64,000 bases of DNA, taken from NCBI GenBank assembly GCA_017548765.1, contig JAFYZH010000057.1, forward strand, positions 50,673-114,672. The letters are read 5' to 3'. Numbering within the stretch: the stretch's first letter is position 1; each line of letters begins with the position of its first letter. Under the pieces are notes generated by a model. That model saw only the letters and a program-made list of their open reading frames with translations, did not search any database and was not told the origin of the DNA. Position numbers and translations under genes: made by a program. This DNA is from Lachnospiraceae bacterium (GTDB lineage Bacteria; Bacillota; Clostridia; Lachnospirales; Lachnospiraceae). Positions 8,756-18,393 of this stretch are shown here, one piece after another.

Positions 8756-10624
8756 TTATTCTTCGATCGGGAAGTATACCTGGTAGCGTTCGTAGCCGAT
8801 CTGATACAGCGGCACGAAGCGGATGCCGGGATCCTGGCCGCGGGTCTTGAAGGTCATCTTCCACATGCCCCACTCGCGCTCGCAGTCGTGGACCAGCAGG
8901 GTCTCAGGCGCCGCGCCCTTCGTGTGCAACAGACGTTCAGCATTCGTGAGTCCGGCGAGTACGATGGGTCCGTAGGAGAATGCGACCATGTCGTCGGTGC
9001 CGGGCAGGAGCGTCGTGCGGATACGCAGCGGAAGCTCGATGCGGACCTCGTCGCCGTTATCCCATGTGCGGTCAATGCGTACGAACCGGCCGGGGATGAG
9101 AGCGGCATTGATCGGAATACCATTGACCAGGATGCGCGCCGACGGCTCGTTTCCGACCCACTCGGGAACACGCAGGTTCAGCGCAAACTGCACGCTGCCT
9201 TCGGTCTCCACGCGGAAGCACTCCGCCAGACAGTCGGGCTGGTGGAGGTAGATGTGGGCCTCCTCGCGCACCGTCTGCGCGGACGAATCGGTCGACGAGA
9301 AATGGTAGCTTCCGTTCAGGGCATCGCGCCACTGGCGGATCTTCACCGCGCCGCCGTTCTCCAGTTCAAAAGCAGCCTGTGAAGCGAAATACAGGCCGGC
9401 GTAGATATCGTTTCCGTCCTGATAATACAGGAAACGGTTGTGCGCCGCATTGGCCTGGACCAGGGTGCCGTGGCAGCAGAAGAAATCCTGCGTTTTCGAG
9501 CCCCAGCCCTTGCGTCCGCCGCCGTAGAGCGGCAGGAAATATGTGATCAGGCCCTCCTCGGGGAACTCCGGCGTCTGGCCGTTCGAGTGGCCGCCGCGGA
9601 AATGCCCCTGCGCCAGGATGCCGTTGTACAGGTTGCGCTCGATGTAGTCGAGGTACTTCGCGTCGCCGGTGAGCTTAAACAGCCCGTCCGCCAACCGCAT
9701 CATGTTGTAGACCGTGCAGTGCTCCTGGTTCTTCTCGCCCAGGCGCGCCGCCATGGACCGCATGGGCGTCCAGATCTCGCCGAGCGTCTGCCCGCCGGTC
9801 ACGAAGCTGCCGCGGTCGGTGACCGCGCACTTCCAGTACGCGAGGGCAATGTCGCGATAGCGCTCGATGCCTGTGGCCTCGTAGACACGCAGTGCGCCGA
9901 TCGCCTCGGGGATGGTCGTGTTGGCATGCATATTCGTCAGCACGTCGACGCCCGCGAGGAGCGGGTCGAACAGGCGATGCCGGTCGTAGCGGTCGATCAA
10001 CGTCAGGTACATTTCATCCTTTGTGAATTCATAGAGGTCCGCCCAGATCTCCAGCATGCCGCCGGTCTCGAAGTCCAGCAGATCGTCGAGCTGCTTGCGG
10101 CTCATATCGTTTGTGAAGTCGTAGAACCACTTGGCAAATGCTTCAGCGACCTCCAGAGCCTGCGCATTGCCCGCGTAGCGGTACATATCCATCAGGCCCA
10201 TAAAAAGCTTGTGTACGTTGTAATGCGGCGCCCAGACGGCCTTTCCGCGCGCGATCCAGTGGAAATACTTCTCCGGGATGGCTGCGACCCAGGATCCGCC
10301 GTTCTCGACCTGGCAGTGCTTAAGCTCGCCCACGATGAAGTTCGCCTTCGCCAGGAGCTCCTCGTCGCCGCTCTCCGCATAGTGGATCGCCGCCGCGCTC
10401 AGGAAGTGGCCCAGGAAATGTCCGCGCAACTGGCAGGACGGATCTTCCCAACCGCCGTGCGCCATGGCCTTGCTGCCGAAGTTCTGGTGCAGGCCCGCCT
10501 CCTGGTAGTAGTTCTGCAGGAGGGCCGCGTCGGTCAGCTCCTTCAGATATTCGGTATTACATCTCTCTTTCGATAACAACTCGCCGTCCATCAGAACGAC
10601 GTCTCTTCCGCTTAATTCTTTCAT
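8756..10624 (-). CDS. glycoside hydrolase family 127 (beta-L-arabinofuranosidase, DUF1680-type)
   Basis: 622 aa. HGGWEDPSCQLRGHFLGHFLSA and the FFCCHGT cysteine pair are as in HypBA1-type GH127. AAGGAGG RBS. Confidence 0.7.
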   Translation of the reverse strand: MKELSGRDVVLMDGELLSKERCNTEYLKELTDAALLQNYYQEAGLHQNFGSKAMAHGGWEDPSCQLRGHFLGHFLSAAAIHYAESGDEELLAKANFIVGELKHCQVENGGSWVAAIPEKYFHWIARGKAVWAPHYNVHKLFMGLMDMYRYAGNAQALEVAEAFAKWFYDFTNDMSRKQLDDLLDFETGGMLEIWADLYEFTKDEMYLTLIDRYDRHRLFDPLLAGVDVLTNMHANTTIPEAIGALRVYEATGIERYRDIALAYWKCAVTDRGSFVTGGQTLGEIWTPMRSMAARLGEKNQEHCTVYNMMRLADGLFKLTGDAKYLDYIERNLYNGILAQGHFRGGHSNGQTPEFPEEGLITYFLPLYGGGRKGWGSKTQDFFCCHGTLVQANAAHNRFLYYQDGNDIYAGLYFASQAAFELENGGAVKIRQWRDALNGSYHFSSTDSSAQTVREEAHIYLHQPDCLAECFRVETEGSVQFALNLRVPEWVGNEPSARILVNGIPINAALIPGRFVRIDRTWDNGDEVRIELPLRIRTTLLPGTDDMVAFSYGPIVLAGLTNAERLLHTKGAAPETLLVHDCEREWGMWKMTFKTRGQDPGIRFVPLYQIGYERYQVYFPIEE

Positions 10625-10659
10625 GGGAAAACCCTCCTTAAGACAGTCGCAGATCGTGG

Positions 10660-10688
10660 TTGCAATCCGCCCTTACCTATAGTATAAT
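10660..10688 (+). promoter_or_regulatory. sigma-70-type promoter for the AraC-family gene
   Basis: TTGCAA (10660-10665), 17 nt, TATAAT (10683-10688). Confidence 0.5.
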
Positions 10689-10746
10689 CGGAAATATAGA
10701 AACATAAATGCAAGATATGCCGAAATACCTATAAAATATTCCGATT
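10686..10746. promoter_or_regulatory. candidate operator: CGGAAATA half-sites in the GH127/AraC divergent region
   Basis: AATCGGAAATATA (10686-10698) and its near-inverted copy AATATTCCGATT (10735-10746). A third related copy, GCCGAAATAC, lies near 10719-10728. Confidence 0.3.
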
Positions 10747-10764
10747 TGAAGGGAGGGATGAAAG

Positions 10765-11646
10765 ATGATGGATGCCCGCGTGCATTTGCCGCTGGATACA
10801 CTGCCGCTGGTCAGCCTGAGCGACGACCTGTGGACCGAAGAAGGTTTCGTTCACCCGAACCGTGTCATGGACGTGAACGTGTTGCTTTACGTCCGGAAGG
10901 GCGAGTTCGAGATCTACGAAGAGGGCGAATGCTACCGCGTGCCGGAGGGCTCCGTCTTCTTCCTGAAGCAGGGACTGCACCACTGGGGGCGGAAGCATTG
11001 CCCGCGCGGGACCCGCTGGTTCTTCGTGCATTTTTCGCTGCCGCAGGGGGAGGATCTTGGCGAAGAGGCTCGAAGCGCTGAGGATTTTGCCTACACAGAA
11101 GGTTCCGATCCCGCGGTCAATGCGGCGCCGAAGAAGTACATTTGCCTCCCGAAACTGGTGAAACTGCCGCCGAAGGGGATGCTCGTGTCTCGTTTCGAGT
11201 CGCTTCTGGCCATGTATCGAAGCAATGATCCGCAGGAGCGGGCGTATATGAATGCCTTCCTCTACCGGTTGCTGCTCGATATCCACTATGAGGCGGAGGA
11301 GACGCGCCCGGTGGCGTCGCATGCCCTGCGGATACGCCAGCTGAAGCATCTGCTGGAGGCGCTGGCGCAGTCGCCGTTCTCCGCGCGGGTGATCGAAGAA
11401 CGCATGGGGCTCTCCTACAAGCACCTCTCCGCGTGCTTCAAAGAGGAGACCGGGATGACCCTGCAGGCCTACCACACCCAAGTGCGCATGGAGCAGGCCG
11501 CCCGCCTGCTGCGTCTCGGAGACCTGTCCGTTCGCGAGGTCAGCGAACGCCTCGGCTTCACCGAGCCATTCTACTTCACGACCGTCTTCAAAAAGCAGAT
11601 GGGATGCTCCCCCAGCGAATACCGTAAGGGAGCCGTACGAATCTGA
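10765..11646 (+). CDS. AraC-family transcriptional regulator
   Basis: 293 aa. Cupin-like N-terminal half and a C-terminal double HTH (LSVREVSERLGFTEPFYFTTVFKKQMGCSPSEYRK). Divergent from GH127. Confidence 0.8.
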   Translation: MMDARVHLPLDTLPLVSLSDDLWTEEGFVHPNRVMDVNVLLYVRKGEFEIYEEGECYRVPEGSVFFLKQGLHHWGRKHCPRGTRWFFVHFSLPQGEDLGEEARSAEDFAYTEGSDPAVNAAPKKYICLPKLVKLPPKGMLVSRFESLLAMYRSNDPQERAYMNAFLYRLLLDIHYEAEETRPVASHALRIRQLKHLLEALAQSPFSARVIEERMGLSYKHLSACFKEETGMTLQAYHTQVRMEQAARLLRLGDLSVREVSERLGFTEPFYFTTVFKKQMGCSPSEYRKGAVRI

Positions 11647-11814
11647 GCCGTTTCGTAAGAAAAAAGCATTCGATCTACATAAAATAGTTGTAAAAAAGTA
11701 AGATTTTTGGGGTATCATTTTGCCTGGCTTTGTATATAATTAGAATAGAGGTATAACACATCCTGATGTTTCAGGAGTAGATCATATGCATATGGAAATA
11801 AGGAGGGGTAAGAA

Positions 11815-13185
11815 GTGGAAGAAAAGAAGAAGGATAGGGCGATCGTCGGAATACGATTGATCTTTTTGGGGTTACTGTTTCAGTTGTTTGATTTCGTTCT
11901 GGTGGATGAGGCTGCGAGTTTTGATATTATACCGGATCTGTTTGGATGGATCCTTATCGTCATCGCATTATATCTTACGTCCGGCTATCGATCCGGCCGT
12001 CCGATGCTGTTGCCGGTAGCCGTGATCATGTTGTTGGGCGAGATCCTGATAGATATTCAGGGCCTTCGAGGGGAATTGGGATATTCGGATATGTTTGTCC
12101 CGCAGGCGATCCTGGGGTGGTTCTCGATCCTCTTTGACTGGATGCTGTTTGGCTATATGAAGAGCATTGCCGATGCGCACCAGAAACCGGAGCGTTCCAA
12201 ATCCATCGGAAAGGCGAAGATATACTACCTGACGGTTCGTTGCATCGGGTATGTGATATGTCTCTTCGGAGGCGAAGATGCATCGGAGGCATTGCTTGTT
12301 ATACTTCTGATCGCCTCAGCGATCGGGGTAATAGGACTGCTGTATCAGTTGTTGGCATTGTCCAGAACGATCCGAAAGAATCTAACGCCGGGCCGTGGCG
12401 GCCGGATGGCGGATCTGTCCCTATCGATCCTCTTGTGTTTCATTTTCGTGATCGGCATGAAGCATACGACGGAAGGCTTCGGACCGGATGTTTCGGAAGA
12501 TCGAATGCAAAGCATAAACGCAGGGATAGACCTGTTGCCCTCGGGGATCGAGTGGAAAGACCGGGTAGTAGTTGAAGTAAAAAACGATGCAGGGGAGAAA
12601 CTTGGAGCTCTGGTATTTGATATCGGTCTGGAGAGGATAGCGAACGAAGATCTTTATCGCGTAGTGTACAGAGCTTTCATGGAGCCGAACTCAAAGATGA
12701 TCCAGACGAAATCGGGTAAAGACGCTTACGGATATAGTGAGTACCTGTCTGTTCAGATGCAGGTGCCGGATTTGTGGTCTTATTCACCGAAAAACTACCC
12801 TTCCAGTGTAAGCAGCACTTTCTCCGGCCGGGTGAATATGCGGAAAATGCCGTCCGTAGCATTGTTTGTTGACTCAGGCCATAAAGATATCGATACTTGG
12901 TTTACAGGTTTTTCACCCGATAATGAGTACCGAGTGGAATATGACTATGAGCCGAGAGTATGGAATCCGTTTGGTGATAACCGTATGGTCGCCGGAACGA
13001 CGGAGCAGACAGGCTACGTGTGTTTCCGTTCTTCCGAAGATGAGGTGACAATCCCGGTAGAACTGGTCGTACGTTTCGGAACAGCAGGAAACAGTGAGAG
13101 ATCTCCGTGGTCCATTAAACGTGGAGAGATTTTTGAAAAGACATATACACAAACGTTTACATTTAAATTGAAAGGCGCTGAATAG
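11815..13185 (+). CDS. membrane protein, unknown function (456 aa)
   Basis: GTG start after AAGGAGGGG. About 6 N-terminal TM helices, then a soluble beta-rich C-terminal half. Region is visibly lower in GC. Confidence 0.5.
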   Translation: MEEKKKDRAIVGIRLIFLGLLFQLFDFVLVDEAASFDIIPDLFGWILIVIALYLTSGYRSGRPMLLPVAVIMLLGEILIDIQGLRGELGYSDMFVPQAILGWFSILFDWMLFGYMKSIADAHQKPERSKSIGKAKIYYLTVRCIGYVICLFGGEDASEALLVILLIASAIGVIGLLYQLLALSRTIRKNLTPGRGGRMADLSLSILLCFIFVIGMKHTTEGFGPDVSEDRMQSINAGIDLLPSGIEWKDRVVVEVKNDAGEKLGALVFDIGLERIANEDLYRVVYRAFMEPNSKMIQTKSGKDAYGYSEYLSVQMQVPDLWSYSPKNYPSSVSSTFSGRVNMRKMPSVALFVDSGHKDIDTWFTGFSPDNEYRVEYDYEPRVWNPFGDNRMVAGTTEQTGYVCFRSSEDEVTIPVELVVRFGTAGNSERSPWSIKRGEIFEKTYTQTFTFKLKGAE

Positions 13186-13235
13186 AAATAAGGACTATGA
13201 TGGTATAACAGAAAAAAGTAAAGGAGGATGTACTT

Positions 13236-14024
13236 ATGCGTTGTAAAGCATGTGGAGCTGAGATCCCCGAAGGGATGAGTGTATGTCTCGAGTGCGGAGT
13301 GATCCCGGATAATACCGTGGAAACACGAAGAAACTCGTACACACAGGGGCAGAGAGATAAAGAAGTCACCTTCGTAACCGATGAGTCATCGGGATGGCTG
13401 GGAAACCCCCTCGTATGGTTTACCCGCTTACAGGGGCTTCAGCTGATCATTTATGCATACCAATGTATCACAGCCGGTGTGTTGTTTTACTACCTGAACC
13501 ATCCGAACCTTCTGTTTTCCCGGTCCGGAGTCAGAGTCGTTGATTTCCTGGAAAAATCAGCTAACAACGTCAGCTGGATACTGATCGTCATTATGCTCCT
13601 GAGTGTGGTCACGCTCTTATTATTGAACAGCTACGGCAGTGGTTTCTGGCAAGCAGGCTTAGTCCTGGCCGGGCTCGCGGTCGCGAATATCGCCACGGAA
13701 AAGGTGACGGACCTGAATACACATTTGATCATACAGGGGGTCACCATCGTTCTCGAGATCGCGTATGCGGTAGTGCTCTTCAAACAGTTGAGCCGGCTCA
13801 CCGGATCCTTAGATCCCGAAGTTTCCGCATATTGGGATCGCCTTCTGGCTTTGTGGGTCTACGCCTATATCGCAGCAGGCGCGTTGGGATTTTATATGGC
13901 GCTCTGGGTAAAAACCCTTAAGCAAATGGAGATCTGCATCGCGATCGCATATATGCTGGTATTCGCCATCGGATATCCCGTATATAAACATCTGGGAAAA
14001 ACGTGCCGCCTGATGAAGAATTAA
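13236..14024 (+). CDS. zinc-ribbon membrane protein, unknown function
   Basis: AAAGGAGG RBS. N-terminal CxxC-x10-CxxC (MRCKACGAEIPEGMSVCLECG) followed by several TM helices. Confidence 0.55.
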   Translation: MRCKACGAEIPEGMSVCLECGVIPDNTVETRRNSYTQGQRDKEVTFVTDESSGWLGNPLVWFTRLQGLQLIIYAYQCITAGVLFYYLNHPNLLFSRSGVRVVDFLEKSANNVSWILIVIMLLSVVTLLLLNSYGSGFWQAGLVLAGLAVANIATEKVTDLNTHLIIQGVTIVLEIAYAVVLFKQLSRLTGSLDPEVSAYWDRLLALWVYAYIAAGALGFYMALWVKTLKQMEICIAIAYMLVFAIGYPVYKHLGKTCRLMKN

Positions 14025-14042
14025 ATTTGGAGAAGAGAAAGA

Positions 14043-14480
14043 ATGATATCGTTAAGACCGGTCACGGCAGATAATATCGATGAGGTCCTGGCACTGCGGG
14101 TGCGGGATGACCAGACGGCGTTCGTCTCCACGACCGCCGAGTCCCTGGCCCAGGCCTACGTGTACTTTGCGACGGCATTTCCATTTGCCGTATACGATGA
14201 GGAGACGCTCGTCGGCTTCATCATGATGGGGTACTACGAAGCAAAACAATACTACACCCTGTGGAAGTTTCTGATCGATCAGGCATACCAACACAAAGGG
14301 TACGGGCGCGAAGCCCTGAAGCAGGGCATAGCCTACATGAAGGAGAGATTCCACATTACGGAGATCTACACAGGTGTCCATCCGGACAATGCGGTGGCGA
14401 AGCGTCTGTATGCGTCGGTCGGCTTTGTGAGCACGGGCTTCCATGAATTTGGCATGGAAGAACTTCGGGCAGAAGTTTGA
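14043..14480 (+). CDS. GNAT-family N-acetyltransferase
   Basis: 145 aa. Q/R-x-x-G-x-G/A-like acetyl-CoA site (YQHKGYGREAL) and typical GNAT length. Confidence 0.7.
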   Translation: MISLRPVTADNIDEVLALRVRDDQTAFVSTTAESLAQAYVYFATAFPFAVYDEETLVGFIMMGYYEAKQYYTLWKFLIDQAYQHKGYGREALKQGIAYMKERFHITEIYTGVHPDNAVAKRLYASVGFVSTGFHEFGMEELRAEV

Positions 14481-14601
14481 CGGAAATAGCACGGGATATG
14501 TAGTTTACAAAAAAGCGAATTTATGGAATAATATACCCAGGTGGTTTTCCGCCCGGGTATATTTAATTGAATAAGATTTTAGTATTTGATTGGAGGAGTT
14601 T

Positions 14602-15858
14602 ATGGGTAGATTTGAACACAGAAAAGCAACGGTGAAAGTACAGCTGAAAGACGCTGCGGGACAGCCGATCAAAAACACACCGATCCGTGCGGAGCAGAAG
14701 ACGCATAAGTTTCTGTTCGGTTGCGGAGCATTTGACACGATGGGCGTGGTAATGCCCGACGATATGCCGATGTTTCCCGGAGCAGATCCGGAGATGATGA
14801 AGAGGATGAAGGCGAGCTCCATCGAGCGAATGGAGAAGTTCATCAAGCTCTTCAACTACGGCACGATCCCGTTCTATTGGGGCGGCTACGAGCGTAAGGA
14901 AGGCGAGCCGAACCAGAAGATGACCATGGCGCAGGCACAGTGGCTGAAGGACCACGGCATCACCGTGAAGGGACATCCGCTTTGCTGGCACACCGTTTGC
15001 GCAGACTGGCTGATGAATTATTCCAACGAGGAGATCCTGAAGAAGCAGCTGGCGCGTATCCATCGTGAAGTCAGCGCGTATAAGGGCCTCGTCGACATGT
15101 GGGATGTGATCAACGAAGTCGTGATCATGCCCGTGTTTGATAAATATGATAATGCGATCACACGTATCTGCAAGGAGTACGGACGTTTCAAACTGGTGAA
15201 GGAAGTCTTTGAGGCGGCGCATGCGGATAACCCGAACGCGACACTCCTGATCAATGATTTCAATACTTCGCAGTCTTACGAGATCCTCGTAGAAGGACTG
15301 CTGGAGATGGGAGTTCCGATCTCCGCGATCGGTATTCAGAGCCATCAGCACCAGGGCTACTGGGGCCTCGAGAAGCTCCACACCGTACTCGAGCGTTTCG
15401 AGCACTTCGGTCTGCCGATCCATTTTACCGAGAACACACTGATTTCCGGTGAGATCATGCCGGCTTACATCGAGGACCTGAACGACTGGCAGGTCGATGA
15501 GTGGCCGTCGACGCCGGAGGGCCTGGAGCGCCAGGCACGCGAGGCTTCGGAGATGTACACCGAGCTGTTCGCGCACCCGCTGGTCGAAGCGATCACCACG
15601 TGGGATCTTACCGACGGAAAATGGCTGAAAGCACCTTCGGGCGTGCTTACGGTAGATAATAAAGAGAAACCGGTCTATGACGCGCTCATGGGGCTGATCC
15701 ACGGCGAATGGGAGACGAAGGATACCTTCGTGACCGACGAAAACGGCGTGGCGACCATCACCGGTTTTAAGGGCGAGTACGACCTCACCGTGAATGGAAA
15801 GACCGTTCGTGTCAGCGTTCTGGAAGACTCTGACGCGATCGTTGAAAAAATAATTTAA
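14602..15858 (+). CDS. glycoside hydrolase family 10-like (endo-1,4-beta-xylanase-like), no signal peptide
   Basis: GH10-like motif order: KGHPLCWH, WDVINEV, INDFN, IGIQSHQH, HFTENT. ATG at 14602 follows GGAGG; the TTG at 14590 is rejected. Confidence 0.55.
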   Translation: MGRFEHRKATVKVQLKDAAGQPIKNTPIRAEQKTHKFLFGCGAFDTMGVVMPDDMPMFPGADPEMMKRMKASSIERMEKFIKLFNYGTIPFYWGGYERKEGEPNQKMTMAQAQWLKDHGITVKGHPLCWHTVCADWLMNYSNEEILKKQLARIHREVSAYKGLVDMWDVINEVVIMPVFDKYDNAITRICKEYGRFKLVKEVFEAAHADNPNATLLINDFNTSQSYEILVEGLLEMGVPISAIGIQSHQHQGYWGLEKLHTVLERFEHFGLPIHFTENTLISGEIMPAYIEDLNDWQVDEWPSTPEGLERQAREASEMYTELFAHPLVEAITTWDLTDGKWLKAPSGVLTVDNKEKPVYDALMGLIHGEWETKDTFVTDENGVATITGFKGEYDLTVNGKTVRVSVLEDSDAIVEKII

Positions 15859-15893
15859 ATATCGGTCCGGAGCATTTCGGATCGGGAGGAACG

Positions 15894-17738
15894 ATGCACA
15901 AAGAATTTTTGATGGGAAATGCGGCGATCGCCCTCGGTGCGATCGCGGCAGGAGTGAATGTGGTCTCGGGTTACCCGGGAACGCCCTCCACGGAGGTTTT
16001 GGAAACGGTGGCTGCACATCGCCCCGAGCAGGTCTACGTGGAATGGTCGGTAAATGAAAAGGCCGGCATGGAGCTGGCGGCCGGCGCCGCCTACACGGGC
16101 GCGAACGCGCTGGTGACCATGAAGCAGGTCGGCTTAAACGTGGCTTCGGATCCGCTGATGAGCCTGGCGTACGTCGGGATCGAAGGCGGCATGGTCGTGA
16201 TGGTGGCGGATGATCCCGGCCCCATTTCGTCCCAGACGGAGCAGGACACCCGCCGCTTCGCGGCATTTTCCAAACTCCCCTGTTTCGACCCGACTTCCGT
16301 GCAGGAAGCGTACGAGATGATCCAGGAAGCATTTGCCTGCTCACGCAAGTATAAAACGCCGGTCTTCTTCCGGCCGACGACCCGTATCTGCCACGCCTAC
16401 GCGTCCATCGACGTGAAGGATCCGTCGGAGTACCTGGAAAACAAACCGGAAGGTTTCGTAAAAGACAGCAGCCGCTGGGTCATTTTCCCCAGGCTGTCCC
16501 TGGCGAACCATAAGAAGATCGAAGAGCGAAACGAGATGCTCACCGATGTTTTCTCCGACAGCACGGCCAATGCATCCCTGCGCGGTGCTTTCGGCAGCAG
16601 CCTCGGCATCGCGGCCGGCGGCATCGGTTACGCTTATGCCAGCGAGGCGTTGGAGACGCTGGATAAAGAAGTGCGCCCTTCCGTCCTGAAGGTCGGTACG
16701 CCCTTTCCTTTTCCGGAGAAGCTCGCGGTGGACTTTTTGAAGTCCGTGGACCGCGTCCTGGTGGTGGAAGAGCTGGATCCCGTGATCGAGGATGCATTGA
16801 CCTTCCTCTGCGGTAAATATCATTTGGAGACCCAAGTTTTAGGAAAGCGGTCCCATCACATGCCCTACGCGGGCGAATATACGGTCGACCTGGTGAAAGC
16901 CGCGGTCGATGCATTCGTCGGAATCGAGACGGAACCGAAAACGGAGGCTCTGCCCGAGCCGCCCGCGCTTCCGGTCCGCCCGCCCGTGCTGTGCGCGGGC
17001 TGCCCGCACCGCGCGTCCTTCTACGCGGTGAAGCAGGCCATGAAAGGCAAGAAAACGATCTTCTGCGGCGATATCGGATGCTACACGCTCGGTAATGCCA
17101 TGCCGCTGGATATGTGCGATACCTGCCTCTGCATGGGCGCCGGGATATCCATAGCCCAGGGTGTATGGCACGTGGAGCCGGACACTTCCTGCTTCGCGTT
17201 CGTGGGTGACTCCACCTTCTTCGCATCGGCCATCACGGGCATCGTAAATGCAGTATACAATCAGGCGGAATTGACCGTCGTGATCTTAGATAATTCAACC
17301 ACCGCCATGACGGGTCACCAGCCGCACCCCGGCACCGGAAAGACCATGATGGGCGAGGTGGTGTCGAAAGTCAGCATCGAAGGCATCCTGCGAGGGATCG
17401 GGCTCTCCTTCGTGGAGACGGTGGATCCGCTCGACCAGACGGCGGCTGTGGACGTGATCCGCAGGGCGTCGCAGGAGCACGGCGTGAAGGCCGTTATCTT
17501 CCGCTCGCCTTGCGTGGCTCTCATGAAGGAACCGAAGACCGTATTCGGCGGGCCGGCGGTGATCGATCCGGAGAAATGCATCGGCTGCAAGCGGTGCATC
17601 CGCGAGATCGGCTGCCCGGCGATCGTGACGCAGGACGGCCGCGTGACGATCGATGCATCCCTGTGTAACGGGTGCGGACTCTGCGCGGGCCTGTGTCCCG
17701 TTCATGCGATCGGTCCGGGAAATGGAGGTGCCGAATAA
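15894..17738 (+). CDS. iorA: indolepyruvate:ferredoxin oxidoreductase, alpha subunit
   Basis: 614 aa. N-terminus LMGNAAIALGAIAAGVNVVSGYPGTPSTEVLE, a TPP-binding region, and a C-terminal 2x[4Fe-4S] CxxCxxCxxxCP pair. Confidence 0.85.
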   Translation: MHKEFLMGNAAIALGAIAAGVNVVSGYPGTPSTEVLETVAAHRPEQVYVEWSVNEKAGMELAAGAAYTGANALVTMKQVGLNVASDPLMSLAYVGIEGGMVVMVADDPGPISSQTEQDTRRFAAFSKLPCFDPTSVQEAYEMIQEAFACSRKYKTPVFFRPTTRICHAYASIDVKDPSEYLENKPEGFVKDSSRWVIFPRLSLANHKKIEERNEMLTDVFSDSTANASLRGAFGSSLGIAAGGIGYAYASEALETLDKEVRPSVLKVGTPFPFPEKLAVDFLKSVDRVLVVEELDPVIEDALTFLCGKYHLETQVLGKRSHHMPYAGEYTVDLVKAAVDAFVGIETEPKTEALPEPPALPVRPPVLCAGCPHRASFYAVKQAMKGKKTIFCGDIGCYTLGNAMPLDMCDTCLCMGAGISIAQGVWHVEPDTSCFAFVGDSTFFASAITGIVNAVYNQAELTVVILDNSTTAMTGHQPHPGTGKTMMGEVVSKVSIEGILRGIGLSFVETVDPLDQTAAVDVIRRASQEHGVKAVIFRSPCVALMKEPKTVFGGPAVIDPEKCIGCKRCIREIGCPAIVTQDGRVTIDASLCNGCGLCAGLCPVHAIGPGNGGAE

Positions 17739-18349
17739 TGGATGCTATTCAGAAAAACCTGGTTTTATGCGGCGTGGGCGGTCAGGGTACCGTGCTCGCG
17801 TCGAAGTTGCTCGCGGCGGCTGCCATGGAAAAAGGCCTCACGGTCATGAGTGCGGAGACCATCGGTATGGCACAGCGCGGGGGCAATGTTTTCAGTAATA
17901 TCCGCATCGGACAGGGGCTGCATGCGCCCATGATTCGCAAAGGCGAGGCGGACCTGATCCTGGGCTTCGAGCCGGGTGAGACCGTCCGCATGCTGCCGTT
18001 TTTGAAGAAGGGCGGCGCGGTGGTCACGAACCTGAAGGCGGTGATGCCGACGACGGCGACACTGTCCGGCTCGAACTACAGCGGCGAGCAGATGGTGGAA
18101 TACTTAAAGCAGGTCATCCCACAGGAGCGCCTTTTTTTGGTGGACGGCGAAAGCATTTGCCGCGAACTCGGTTCGACAAAGTGTCTCAACGTGGTGCTCT
18201 TAGGCGCCGCAGTTGCGACCGGTGAGGTCGGACTTACCCAGGACGATGTTCTGGCGGCGATCCGTAAGGTGGTGCCCGCCCGCTTCCTGGAACTGAACGA
18301 AAAAGCATTTGCCGCAGGAAACCGCGTCGGCGGAAACGAAGGCAAATAG
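17738..18349 (+). CDS. iorB: indolepyruvate:ferredoxin oxidoreductase, beta subunit
   Basis: ATG overlaps the iorA stop (TAATG). MDAIQKNLVLCGVGGQGTVLASKLL is typical of IorB. Confidence 0.8.
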   Translation: MDAIQKNLVLCGVGGQGTVLASKLLAAAAMEKGLTVMSAETIGMAQRGGNVFSNIRIGQGLHAPMIRKGEADLILGFEPGETVRMLPFLKKGGAVVTNLKAVMPTTATLSGSNYSGEQMVEYLKQVIPQERLFLVDGESICRELGSTKCLNVVLLGAAVATGEVGLTQDDVLAAIRKVVPARFLELNEKAFAAGNRVGGNEGK

Positions 18350-18393
18350 GAAATAAAACGAACGAAATAATTCGCGATAAGGAGAATGAGATC

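Noticed and set aside
8547-8786. 79-aa ORF and the ATG-TCG-TAA mini-ORFs in array A
   Set aside because: The 79-aa ORF crosses three repeat units and the terminator. The mini-ORFs are generated by the ATGTCGTAA arm of each palindrome. I keep them only as a curiosity inside the array finding.
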